DNA of 64,000 bases from Bacilli bacterium (lineage in GTDB: Bacteria > Bacillota_I > Bacilli_A > RF39 > UBA660), in assembly GCA_017536505.1 (NCBI GenBank), contig JAFXHG010000027.1, positions 89,286 through 153,285 on the forward strand, in the 5' to 3' direction. The notes below the pieces were generated by a model, which was given only the letters and a program-made list of their open reading frames with translations, did no database searches and was not told the origin of the DNA. This document shows positions 1 to 9,287 of the stretch, piece after piece. The stretch's first letter is position 1. The number at the start of each line of letters is the position of its first letter. A program made the position numbers and the translations under genes.

Positions 1-2
1 CA

Positions 3-785
3 CAACCTGCAATATCCCAATCAATAAAAAAACTTGAAGATCAATTGGGGGGTACATTATTCTTAAGAAGCAACAAAGGAATGGAGCTAACTGAAGAGGG
101 TAAAATGTTTTATGAATATGTCAAAGGAGCTTTAGAGCTTATTAATAATGCTGAAAATGAATTTACATCATTTAAAAATTTATCAAAGGGAGAAGTGAAA
201 ATTGGTTGTTCAACAACTTTAACAAAATTAATCTTAATAGATGTTTTGAAAAAATTTAATAAAGAATATCCAAATATAAGTATTAATATAACAAATGATT
301 TAACAAGTAATTTAATAAATGATTTAAAATTAGGCAAATTAGATTTTGTAATTTTCAATGAAAGTAATATAAAAGAAACTAATTTGCATTTAGAAAAAAT
401 AAAAGAATTAAAACAGGGTTTTGTTTATAACCCAGAATTTTATAATGATGAAATTAATTCTTTTGAGGATTTAAATAAATTTCCTCTTATATTACAAAAA
501 GAAGCATCAAATAGTAGAAAACTACTAGATTATATAGCTCTACAAAATAGTGTTAAATTAGTGCCTAAAATGGAAGTTGTGAGCCAAGAATTAATCACCG
601 AATTTGTTAATATAGGTTTAGGTATTGGATTTGCTATAATAGACTTAGCAACTAGAAATTATAAAAATATAAAAGAATTAAAAATTAATAAAAAAATACC
701 AAACATAAATATATATTTGGCAACTAACAAATCTGTTTCATTAACATTTGCAAGTAAAATGTTTATAAAATATTTAAGCCAGTAA
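3..785 (+). CDS. LysR-family transcriptional regulator (5' end outside window)
   Basis: Frame is open from base 3: QPAISQSIKKLEDQLGGTLFLRS (LysR HTH), followed by the substrate-binding domain (GEVKIGCS, GKLDF). Confidence 0.92.
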   Translation, partial: QPAISQSIKKLEDQLGGTLFLRSNKGMELTEEGKMFYEYVKGALELINNAENEFTSFKNLSKGEVKIGCSTTLTKLILIDVLKKFNKEYPNISINITNDLTSNLINDLKLGKLDFVIFNESNIKETNLHLEKIKELKQGFVYNPEFYNDEINSFEDLNKFPLILQKEASNSRKLLDYIALQNSVKLVPKMEVVSQELITEFVNIGLGIGFAIIDLATRNYKNIKELKINKKIPNINIYLATNKSVSLTFASKMFIKYLSQ

Positions 786-884
786 AAAATCTTTTTTGCT
801 ACTTTAGAATAAAAATTAGGAATATTCAATTTGAAAAGTGAATTTTTTCTTTAATAAATAGTGTTGGCATTCATCTAAGAGTGT

Positions 885-977
885 CTATTTTTTTATTGCT
901 AGCACCAGTAAGGTAGAAAGTAATTAAATGATAGCAATGAGGTTTAAAACTTTAACAATGAAAGTTTTAGTTTTCAT
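885..977 (-). pseudogene. Type I toxin-like small membrane peptide with in-frame TAA at codon 18 (MKTKTFIVKVLNLIAII*LLSTLLVLAIKK*)
   Basis: Strong SD (AGGGAGG) that can be sequestered in a hairpin; TTGTTT-17-TATAAT promoter upstream on the minus strand; hydrophobic helix with basic tail; not in ORF track. Confidence 0.5.
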
Positions 978-1184
978 TAATATCTACCTCCCTTCTTTTT
1001 CAAGATTGGAGGACGACACTCACATTAAATGTTCCTATATATAATTATACTATTTGTATATATTAAAAACAAGCCAACATTGATAAAATTTTTATTTTTG
1101 GTAATTAGGATTGTGTCGCATTTATATTTTGATAATTGTGTTAAAATAGCTAGAAAAGCAACTATAAACAGTTGCTTTTTTTAC

Positions 1185-1355
1185 TTAGTCACATCTTCTT
1201 GGACGATCAAAATAATTGTCTTTACCATTACAGAATATAAAGAATATTATAAATATTACAATTAAAATCCAAACCCAAGAAATACCACCATATCCATAAC
1301 CACATCCATAGCCATATCCACCAAAGGGATAACCACCATATACATAACCAAACAT
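1185..1355 (-). CDS. Small Gly/Tyr-rich membrane protein, YjcZ-like sporulation protein
   Basis: AAGGAG SD before ATG 1355; GYGYG repeats followed by one TM helix (WVWILIVIFIIFFIF). Confidence 0.6.
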   Translation of the reverse strand: MFGYVYGGYPFGGYGYGCGYGYGGISWVWILIVIFIIFFIFCNGKDNYFDRPRRCD

Positions 1356-1478
1356 ATTAATATCTCCTTTCATAATATTATATTTTAATAAAAAATGTGT
1401 AAATACATAGGATACCTAAAAATATTGTTTTTTTTGTATATTTATTAGAGAAATAAAAAAAGCACAATAAAGTACTTT

Positions 1479-1745
1479 TTATCTGCTTAAACTAAATATT
1501 TCAAACTGTTCAGCGAATTTTTCAAGATCATCAATAATAAATAAGTCACTACTCCAATTACCTGGCCATACAGCATATAAAGTAGTAATTTTTTTGTCAG
1601 CTCTTTTATATGCTTCGATTACTCCTTCAAAATCACATTTATTTTTATGTCTAATTCTATTTACTTTCCCATCTTTATAGACTTCAAAATAACAAACTGT
1701 ACTCATTCTATATGGAAAATTTTCTGTTTCTTTTGCACTTCTCAT
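1479..1745 (-). CDS. Hypothetical protein
   Basis: AAGGAG SD before ATG 1745; protein-like composition (LYAVWPGNWSSDLF). Confidence 0.65.
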   Translation of the reverse strand: MRSAKETENFPYRMSTVCYFEVYKDGKVNRIRHKNKCDFEGVIEAYKRADKKITTLYAVWPGNWSSDLFIIDDLEKFAEQFEIFSLSR

Positions 1746-1863
1746 AAAACACACTCCTTTTTTTCTTTATTATAGCACACAAAATTATATATTTTTAATT
1801 TTTTAAATTAAAAATTTCATTAAAAATACACATTATAATGTATAATAAAATTAGAGGTGTTTT

Positions 1864-2526
1864 ATGAAAATATTAATAGTAGACGATGAAAAAGGAATAA
1901 GAGAAGTTATAAAAGAATATTCAATAAACGAGGGATTTTCTACTTTGGAATCAGAAAATGGAATAGAAGCTTTAGCTATACTTGAGAAAAATACTGATAT
2001 AGATGTTATTATATTAGATATAATGATGCCTAAAATGGATGGATATACAACTTTAAAAGAAATAAGAAAAAATTATGATATACCTGTAATAATGTTATCA
2101 GCTAGGGCAGATGAGTTTGATAAACTACAAAGTTTTGATTTAGGAGTCGATGATTATGTTACTAAACCATTTAGTCCCAAGGAATTAATGGCTCGTATTA
2201 AAGTAGTAACAGGAAGAAATAAAAATAATCTAGATGAATATGTATATAAAAATTTAAAAATAAATTATTTAGGACATAATGTACTTATAAATAATAAAGA
2301 AATAAAACTTACTCCAAAAGAATATGAGATGTTAGTATATTTTGTACAAAATAAAGGAATTGCTTTATCAAGAGAGACATTATTAAGTAAAATATGGGGT
2401 TATGATTTTTATGGTGATGATAGAACAATAGATACTCATATAAAGATGTTAAGAAATAGTTTAGGCGAATATAGGAATTTAATAACTACTGTAAGAGGAA
2501 TGGGTTATAAATATGAAGAAAAGTAA
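1864..2526 (+). CDS. OmpR/PhoB-family response regulator
   Basis: ILIVDDE, LDIMMP, KPFS receiver motifs; winged-helix C-terminus (TIDTHIKMLR, RGMGY). Confidence 0.96.
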   Translation: MKILIVDDEKGIREVIKEYSINEGFSTLESENGIEALAILEKNTDIDVIILDIMMPKMDGYTTLKEIRKNYDIPVIMLSARADEFDKLQSFDLGVDDYVTKPFSPKELMARIKVVTGRNKNNLDEYVYKNLKINYLGHNVLINNKEIKLTPKEYEMLVYFVQNKGIALSRETLLSKIWGYDFYGDDRTIDTHIKMLRNSLGEYRNLITTVRGMGYKYEEK

Positions 2527-3898
2527 GTTAAAAAATAAAGTATGGTTTTATTTGCTTATATTTGCAATAGTAATTATATGTGGTATATGGTTTTTACAAA
2601 TTCTATCACTTGATTTATATTATGAAATAAGTAAAAAAGGTGAGATTAAAGATATAGCTACTATGGTATCTAAAAATTATACTAGTGGTGATTATGAGGA
2701 AAAATTAAATAGATTATCTTTTGAAAAAGATGTATGTATAGAAATAACTGAAAATAATAATATATCATATTCTACTGATAGCACTAGTAGGGGTTGTTTA
2801 ATAAACAGTAGAGAAATAAATCAATATAAATTAGAATTTATGTTAAGTAGTAAAAAATCGGTAACATACAGAGTAATTCATCCTAATTTTAAAAATAAAA
2901 CATTAATATATGGAGTAAAAATACAAGATGGAACTTATGCTTTTATAAGTACATCTTTAGAACCTGTTAGTTCTACAGTATCAGTATTAAAAAAACAATT
3001 ATTACAAGTTATGATAATAGTTTTAATACTTGCATTCATAATAGGTAATATAATATCGAAAAAAATATCTAAACCTATAGAAAAAATAAACAAAACTAGT
3101 AAAGAAATAAGTAAAGGGAATTATGATGTAGTATTTGATACTAAAACAGATATTATGGAATTAAAAGAATTAGAAGGAACTTTAAATGACATGGCTATAG
3201 AGCTTTCTAAAACAGAAGAACTTAGAAGAGATTTAATGGCTAATGTATCTCATGATTTAAAAACTCCATTAACTTTAATTAAAGCTAATGCGGAAATGGT
3301 TAAGGATTTAACATATAAAAATAAAGAAAAAAGAGAAAAAAATTTAAACACAATCATAGAAGAAGTAGATAGATTAAATTTACTTGTCGAAGATATATTA
3401 GATTTATCTAAGATACAATCTAAGTCTGTTGAGTTAAATTTAGAAAGATTTAATATAAATGAGTTAATTATAGATATAATAAATAAATTTGAAATATTGT
3501 GTGAAAAAGATGGGTATATAATTGAGTATGAGGGTTTTGATATAGATATTACAGCAGATAAAAATAAACTAAAACAAACTATTTATAATTTAATAAATAA
3601 TGCGATTAATTATACTGGAGAAGATAAAAAAGTTTATGTAAAATTATTTAAAATTAATGATATAGTAAGAATAGAAATTATTGATACAGGTAAAGGTATC
3701 GATAAAAAAGATATTAAATATATTTGGGACAAATATTATAAAGTAGATAAAAAATATAAACGAGTTACTTATGGTACTGGATTAGGTCTTTCTATAGTTA
3801 AAAATATTTTAAATTTACATGGATTTAACTATGGAGTGGAGAGTAAAAAAGGTATTGGAACTAAATTCTATTTTGATATAAAAAATCCCAAAAAATAA
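2513..3898 (+). CDS. Sensor histidine kinase (HAMP, HisKA, HATPase)
   Basis: Two TM helices; SHDLKTPL H-box, NLINNA, DTGKGI, GTGLGL; overlaps the regulator gene. Confidence 0.96.
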   Translation: MKKSKLKNKVWFYLLIFAIVIICGIWFLQILSLDLYYEISKKGEIKDIATMVSKNYTSGDYEEKLNRLSFEKDVCIEITENNNISYSTDSTSRGCLINSREINQYKLEFMLSSKKSVTYRVIHPNFKNKTLIYGVKIQDGTYAFISTSLEPVSSTVSVLKKQLLQVMIIVLILAFIIGNIISKKISKPIEKINKTSKEISKGNYDVVFDTKTDIMELKELEGTLNDMAIELSKTEELRRDLMANVSHDLKTPLTLIKANAEMVKDLTYKNKEKREKNLNTIIEEVDRLNLLVEDILDLSKIQSKSVELNLERFNINELIIDIINKFEILCEKDGYIIEYEGFDIDITADKNKLKQTIYNLINNAINYTGEDKKVYVKLFKINDIVRIEIIDTGKGIDKKDIKYIWDKYYKVDKKYKRVTYGTGLGLSIVKNILNLHGFNYGVESKKGIGTKFYFDIKNPKK

Positions 3899-4055
3899 AA
3901 AATGTAAAAAAGTGTTTTTTTCAAAAAATACTTTTTTTATTTTTTTAAAAAGATAAAGTTATTGAAAATAAAGGGTTCTTTGCAATTTAAAAAAACAAAA
4001 AAATAAAAAATCAAAAAAACAGAAAAAATAATTTTTAAATTTTATTAAAAATCTA

Positions 4056-4084
4056 TTGACTATAAAATAGGTCGATGATATACT
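4056..4084 (+). promoter_or_regulatory. SigA promoter of the nrdD operon
   Basis: TTGACT-17 bp-TATACT with extended TG. Confidence 0.7.
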
Positions 4085-4108
4085 TGAATTGTAAAAAAGA
4101 ATAGGAGT

Positions 4109-6415
4109 ATGTTTATGACAGAAGTAGAAGAAAAATTAGAACTAGTAGTAGTTAAGAGAAACGGAAAAAAAGTAGATTTTAATGGTACTAAAATAGCTTT
4201 AGCTATCAAAAAAGGATTTGATAGTGTAAATGAACAAGATGAAGAAACAGGTAAATATAAATATGATGATAAAGATATTACTAAAGTATATAATGAAGTA
4301 ATTAAATCAATAGAAAAAAATTATACTGATAAAATAAAAATAGAAGAAATTCAAGATTTAATAGAAGTATCTTTGAAGAAAAAAGGATATGAAGAAGTTT
4401 ATGTATCTTTTGCTGAATATAGAGATAGAAGAGCTCAATCAAGAGAAATGTTTGTTGATGATAAAAGAATGCATAAATTTTTAAAAACTATTGAAGGTTT
4501 AGGATTGAAATCTGCTTCAGAAGATGATACAAAAAGAGAAAATGCAAATGTAGATGGTGATACTGCAATGGGAACTATGCTTCAATATGGTTCTACTGTA
4601 TCAAAAGAGTTTGCTAAAGCATATTTAGTTAAGAAGAAATTCTCAGATGCACATGATAATGGAGAAATCCATATTCATGATATGGATTTCCTTGCAATGG
4701 GAACTACAACTTGTATGCAAATTGAACTTGATAGATTATTTAAAAAAGGTTTTTCAACAGGACATGGTTATTTAAGACCACCAAAAGATATTGCATCTTT
4801 TAGTGCACTTGCAGCTATAGCTGTTCAAGCAAATCAAAATGATCAACATGGTGGACAAAGTATTCCAGCTTTCGATTATTTTATGGCTCCTGGTGTACTT
4901 ATGACATTTAAAAAACAATTAAAACAACAAATAAGTGATTATCTTGATTTAGAAGGATTACTTTCTCATATAAGTATGGATAGAGTAGCTCGTGAAATAG
5001 ATAAGTTAGAAAGTATTAATTTTAGTATAGAGATATTTAAACCTATATATAAAGAATCAGAACAAATAGAAAGATTATTTACTAAAGCTTATGAAAAAGC
5101 ATTAGCTAAAACAGATAGATTAACTTATCAAGCTATGGAAGCATTTATTCATAATTTAAATACAATGCATTCTAGAGCAGGTGCTCAAGTGCCATTCTCA
5201 TCAATTAACTTTGGAACTGACATAAGCCCAGAAGGAAGAATGGTATCACTTAATTTCTTAAAAGCTACAGATGCAGGATTAGGAAGAGGTGAAACTCCAA
5301 TATTCCCAGTATCAATATTTAAGGTAAAAGAAGGAGTTAACTATAATCCAGAAGATCCAAACTATGATATATTTAGAAAATCATGTGAAGTATCTGCGAA
5401 AAGATTATTCCCTAACTTCTCATTCTTAGATGCTCCATTTAATCTTTCATTCTATAAACCAGGTGATTATAGAACTGAAGTAGGTTATATGGGATGTAGA
5501 ACAAGAGTTATGAGTGATATAACAGACTTAAATAATCAAACAACAGGTGGTAGAGGTAACTTATCATTTACTTCAATAAATCTACCTAGAATAGCTATAA
5601 AACATGGTATTTGCTTAAAAGAAAGAGATAAAGCTGATATGGAAGGTTTCTACAAAGAACTTGGAGAAACTATGGAACTTGTTAGAGATCAATTGTTAGA
5701 AAGATTTGAAATTCAATGTAATAAGAGATGCTATAACTTCCCATTCTTAATTGAACAAGGGGTATGGACAGATGGAGATAAATTAAAACCAACTGATAGA
5801 ATGAGAAAAATATTAAAACATGGTAGTTTAACTTTAGGTTTTATAGGACTTGCTGAAACTTTAAAAGCTTTAATAGGGGAACACCATGGTGAATCAGAAA
5901 AAGCTCAAAAATTAGGATTAGAAATAATCGGATTTATGAGAAAAAAATCAGATGAATTCTCAAAAGATTATAATTTAAATTTCGCACTTATAGCTACACC
6001 AGCAGAAGGACTTTCTGGAAGATTTGTTAATATAGATAGAGCAATCTATGGAAAAATTAAAGGTGTAACTGATAGAAGTTACTATACAAATTCATTCCAT
6101 GTTCCAGTTTATTATAATACATCAATTAAACATAAACTTGAAACAGAAGCTCCATATCATAATTTAACAAATGGTGGACATATTTCTTATATTGAATTTG
6201 ATGGAAATACTGCTATGAATGTTGATGCATTTGAAAGTGTAATTAGAATGATGAAAGAAATGGGAATTGGTTATGGTGCTATTAACCATCCAGTAGATAG
6301 AGATCCAGTATGTGGATATGTAGGGGTAATTGGAGATGTGTGTCCAGGATGTGGACGTAAAGAATTTGATTCAGTACCACTTGAAGAAGTAAAACATTAT
6401 CAATGTGGTTGTTAA
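4109..6415 (+). CDS. nrdD: Anaerobic class III ribonucleotide reductase, large chain lacking the glycyl-radical loop
   Basis: ATP cone (VVKRNG), HIHDMD, GYMGCRT finger-loop Cys, ATPAEG, YYTNS, DPVC..CPGC Zn site; no RxxGY motif. Confidence 0.95.
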   Translation: MFMTEVEEKLELVVVKRNGKKVDFNGTKIALAIKKGFDSVNEQDEETGKYKYDDKDITKVYNEVIKSIEKNYTDKIKIEEIQDLIEVSLKKKGYEEVYVSFAEYRDRRAQSREMFVDDKRMHKFLKTIEGLGLKSASEDDTKRENANVDGDTAMGTMLQYGSTVSKEFAKAYLVKKKFSDAHDNGEIHIHDMDFLAMGTTTCMQIELDRLFKKGFSTGHGYLRPPKDIASFSALAAIAVQANQNDQHGGQSIPAFDYFMAPGVLMTFKKQLKQQISDYLDLEGLLSHISMDRVAREIDKLESINFSIEIFKPIYKESEQIERLFTKAYEKALAKTDRLTYQAMEAFIHNLNTMHSRAGAQVPFSSINFGTDISPEGRMVSLNFLKATDAGLGRGETPIFPVSIFKVKEGVNYNPEDPNYDIFRKSCEVSAKRLFPNFSFLDAPFNLSFYKPGDYRTEVGYMGCRTRVMSDITDLNNQTTGGRGNLSFTSINLPRIAIKHGICLKERDKADMEGFYKELGETMELVRDQLLERFEIQCNKRCYNFPFLIEQGVWTDGDKLKPTDRMRKILKHGSLTLGFIGLAETLKALIGEHHGESEKAQKLGLEIIGFMRKKSDEFSKDYNLNFALIATPAEGLSGRFVNIDRAIYGKIKGVTDRSYYTNSFHVPVYYNTSIKHKLETEAPYHNLTNGGHISYIEFDGNTAMNVDAFESVIRMMKEMGIGYGAINHPVDRDPVCGYVGVIGDVCPGCGRKEFDSVPLEEVKHYQCGC

Positions 6416-6426
6416 GGAGGTAAATT

Positions 6427-6597
6427 ATGGAAAAATTAGTTGGTGAAGGTGTAGGATTCGAAAGAATTAGAAGAGTTACGGGATACTTAAGTGGAGATGT
6501 AAAACGTTTTAATAATGGTAAACGTGCTGAAGAAAAGGATCGTGTAAAACACACTGGTATCAAAGAAGTAATGGCTCAAGAAAAGTGTGCTAAATAA
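6427..6597 (+). CDS. Stand-alone 56-aa NrdD glycyl-radical domain
   Basis: MEKLVGEGVGFERIRRVTGYLSGDVKRFNNGKRAEEKDRVKH...; own GGAGG SD; different frame from nrdD; its TAA overlaps the nrdG ATG; missing from ORF track. Confidence 0.92.
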   Translation: MEKLVGEGVGFERIRRVTGYLSGDVKRFNNGKRAEEKDRVKHTGIKEVMAQEKCAK

Positions 6598-7139
6598 TGA
6601 AAATTAGACTAGCTGCTGATTTACAAACAGATAGTATAGTTGATGGTTTAGGGATAAGGACTGTTATTTGGACACAAGGTTGTTCTCATAACTGTCCTAA
6701 TTGCCATAATCCAGGAACTCATGATTTTAATGGTGGAGATTTAGTTGAACTTGATGATGTAATAGAAGAAATAGAAAATCTATCTGGTCAAGATGGAGTT
6801 ACTTTTTCTGGAGGAGACCCTATGTTTCAACCTAAACAATGTAGTGTACTTGCTCAAAAAGTACATGAATTAGGTATGAATGTATGGACTTATACAGGAT
6901 TTACATATGAAGAATTAATTGAAAAAGGAAGTAAAGATATATTAGATTTTTTAAGTAACATAGATGTTCTTATAGATGGTAAATTTGATCCTTCTTTAAA
7001 AAGTTTGGACTGTGAATTTAGAGGTTCTACAAATCAAAGACTTATAGATGTATGTAAATCATTAGAAAATCATGAAGTAGTACTATATGATTTAAATAAA
7101 AAACAAAATAATAAAAAGAAAGAAACTTTGTATATATGA
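6597..7139 (+). CDS. nrdG: Anaerobic RNR activating enzyme (radical SAM)
   Basis: SIVDGLGIR, CSHNCPNC radical-SAM motif, GGDP, FRGSTNQR. Confidence 0.96.
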   Translation: MKIRLAADLQTDSIVDGLGIRTVIWTQGCSHNCPNCHNPGTHDFNGGDLVELDDVIEEIENLSGQDGVTFSGGDPMFQPKQCSVLAQKVHELGMNVWTYTGFTYEELIEKGSKDILDFLSNIDVLIDGKFDPSLKSLDCEFRGSTNQRLIDVCKSLENHEVVLYDLNKKQNNKKKETLYI

Positions 7140-7203
7140 GTTTCTTTTAATTTGCTTTTTTTTAAAATTCATGTATAATATAACAGGTCAAAGGGATGAT
7201 ATT

Positions 7204-7596
7204 ATGTTTGGAGAAAAACCAATGTTTGGACAAAATGAAATTAAAGTTGATGAAAAGGGACGTATTTTTATTCCAGCTTATACAAAAAGAGAACCTGGAG
7301 AAGAATTAGTTTTGATGTATAATGAAAACTTGAAATTACATGAAATTTATAGTGTGCAAAAACTAGATGATAGATTTAAAAAATTAAGTGATTTAATAGA
7401 TAAATCAATAACAAAAAAAGAAAAAAATTTCTATGAAAAAATGTTGTTAGAACTTAGTAAATCTATATTAAGAAGTGAAACTATTGATTGTCAAGGAAGA
7501 TTTTTAACTGGTAAAGTATTTGAAGGACAAGAAAAAGTACTATGTACAGGAGCTCATGATCACTTAATAATAGAACCTGTAAAAAGTAAGAAGTAA
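7204..7596 (+). CDS. Divergent MraZ-like (SpoVT/AbrB fold) regulator
   Basis: Two repeats, VDEKGRIFIP and IDCQGRFL, match MraZ DxKGR/DxQGR motifs; not in a dcw cluster. Confidence 0.7.
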   Translation: MFGEKPMFGQNEIKVDEKGRIFIPAYTKREPGEELVLMYNENLKLHEIYSVQKLDDRFKKLSDLIDKSITKKEKNFYEKMLLELSKSILRSETIDCQGRFLTGKVFEGQEKVLCTGAHDHLIIEPVKSKK

Positions 7597-7642
7597 TCTT
7601 CTTTTTTTTACGTTACTATGTTATAATTAAAAAGGTGATAAA

Positions 7643-8110
7643 ATGAAAAAGAATGCTAAAAACATTTTACTTTTTGGATTAATATTTGTAATAATAGATC
7701 AAATAGTAAAAGTAGTATTAAGTAGTAAAATGATTGTTAATCAATCTTTTGTAATTATAAAAGATTTTTTTTCAATTACTCTTGCACATAATACAGGTGC
7801 AGCATTTAGTATATTAACAGGAAATAGATATTTACTTATAGTTATTGGTATACTCGCACTAATTGGGTTATTTATATATATAAAAAAGTTAGAAGTATTT
7901 GATGATATTGATACTTTTACTTATTCACTTTTAATAGGTGGTATAGTAGGTAATTTAATAGATAGAATAGTGCATGGATATGTAATAGATTATTTAAGTT
8001 TTAGTTTTGGAAATTTTTATTTTCCAATATTTAACTTTGCAGATATTTGTATAGTAATATCTATTATAATCATTTTATTTAGAATGATTAAGGAGGATTT
8101 ATGGAAATAG
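7643..8110 (+). CDS. lspA: Lipoprotein signal peptidase II
   Basis: DQIVK, NTGAAFS, GNLIDR, VIDY, FNFAD. Confidence 0.95.
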   Translation: MKKNAKNILLFGLIFVIIDQIVKVVLSSKMIVNQSFVIIKDFFSITLAHNTGAAFSILTGNRYLLIVIGILALIGLFIYIKKLEVFDDIDTFTYSLLIGGIVGNLIDRIVHGYVIDYLSFSFGNFYFPIFNFADICIVISIIIILFRMIKEDLWK

Positions 8111-9003
8111 TTATAGAGGAAGATTTAGGTGTTAGAATAGATTCTTATTTAAGTAACCAATTAGATTACAGTAGAAGCAAAATTGTTAAAATGATAAATG
8201 ATGGAACAATTTTGGTAAATGGTAAGAGTATTAAAAATAGTTATTCATTAAAAAAAGATGATGTTATAACAATTGGTGAATATATAGAAGAAGAAATGAA
8301 TATAGAACCTGAAAATATACCTTTAGATATTGTTTATGAAGATGAAGATGTAATAGTAGTAAATAAACCTAATGGTATGGTAGTTCATCCAGCTATAGGA
8401 AATAATCATGGTACTTTGGTAAATGCACTTCTTTATTACTCAAAAAAATTAAGTAATATAAATGGTGAATTTAGACCTGGTATAGTACATAGAATAGATG
8501 CTTATACAACAGGACTTTTAATGGTAGCCAAAACTAATAAGTCTCATGAAATATTAGCTGAACAACTTAGTAAAAAAGAAACTACTAGAAGGTATATCGC
8601 ACTTGTTTGGGGAGTTATAAAAGAAGATACTGCTACTATAGATGCTCCAATAGGAAGAGATAGTAACGATAGAAAGAAAATGGCAGTAACTAGTATAAAT
8701 AGTAAAGATGCAGTAACTCATTTAAAGGTATTAAAAAGATTTAAAGATGCAACTTTAATAGAATTACAACTAGAAACAGGGAGAACTCATCAAATAAGGG
8801 TTCATATGAATTATATAAATCATCCTGTAGTTAATGATCCTGTATATGGAAGAAGAAAATTAATAGATGAAACAGGACAATGTTTACACGCTTATCAAAT
8901 AGGCTTTAATCATCCAACAACGAATAAATATATGGAATTTAAATGTGAATTACCTGAATGTTTTAAAAATATATTAGATATGTTTGAAGAAGAAAGTATA
9001 TAA
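8101..9003 (+). CDS. rluD: RluA/RluD-family pseudouridine synthase with S4 domain
   Basis: HRID catalytic motif, GRTHQIR, VNKP; follows lspA as in many Firmicutes. Confidence 0.9.
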   Translation: MEIVIEEDLGVRIDSYLSNQLDYSRSKIVKMINDGTILVNGKSIKNSYSLKKDDVITIGEYIEEEMNIEPENIPLDIVYEDEDVIVVNKPNGMVVHPAIGNNHGTLVNALLYYSKKLSNINGEFRPGIVHRIDAYTTGLLMVAKTNKSHEILAEQLSKKETTRRYIALVWGVIKEDTATIDAPIGRDSNDRKKMAVTSINSKDAVTHLKVLKRFKDATLIELQLETGRTHQIRVHMNYINHPVVNDPVYGRRKLIDETGQCLHAYQIGFNHPTTNKYMEFKCELPECFKNILDMFEEESI

Positions 9004-9026
9004 TTATACTTTCTTTGTTTAAAATA

Positions 9027-9049
9027 AAAAAACAGTTAAACTGTTTTTT
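9027..9049. terminator. Bidirectional intrinsic terminator
   Basis: AAAAAACAGT-TAA-ACTGTTTTTT between convergent genes. Confidence 0.7.
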
Positions 9050-9287
9050 AATATGGTCTATAAGGTGGGTAAGGTCTAGGTGGATATGGAGGGTAGTAAT
9101 AATAATTATTATAGTAAGGTCTAGGTCTATTATAAAATAATGGAGAAACTAAACCACCTGTTATACCACCAAGTAAAAATGGTCCAAAAAATCCACCACC
9201 AATAAGTCTGTTATCTGAATTACTATTCATTGGAGAGTTATTGTATGAATTATTAAAACTTCTTGGAATTTGATAAGAATTATACAT
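9048..9287 (-). CDS. Small Gly/Pro/Tyr-rich protein, spore-coat-like (CotT-type composition)
   Basis: AAAGGCGG SD; GGGFFGPFLLGG segment and YYYYPPYPPRPYPPY tail. Confidence 0.65.
   Translation of the reverse strand: MYNSYQIPRSFNNSYNNSPMNSNSDNRLIGGGFFGPFLLGGITGGLVSPLFYNRPRPYYNNYYYYPPYPPRPYPPYRPY

Noticed and set aside
1029-1265. 78-aa plus-strand ORF
   Set aside because: No SD; it overlaps the YjcZ-like gene and a promoter region on the other strand; AT-rich filler composition
4000-4108. NrdR boxes upstream of nrdD
   Set aside because: No convincing match to the tandem acaCwAtATaTwGtg consensus
6405-6430. Frameshift or readthrough joining nrdD to the radical loop
   Set aside because: A perfect GGAGG SD correctly spaced from ATG 6427 and a 57-codon ORF coupled to nrdG favour two genes; no slippery site seen; not fully excluded without reads
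6282-6563. 93-aa minus-strand ORF in the track
   Set aside because: It is the antisense shadow of the real plus-strand glycyl-radical gene (6427-6597) and of the nrdD 3' end
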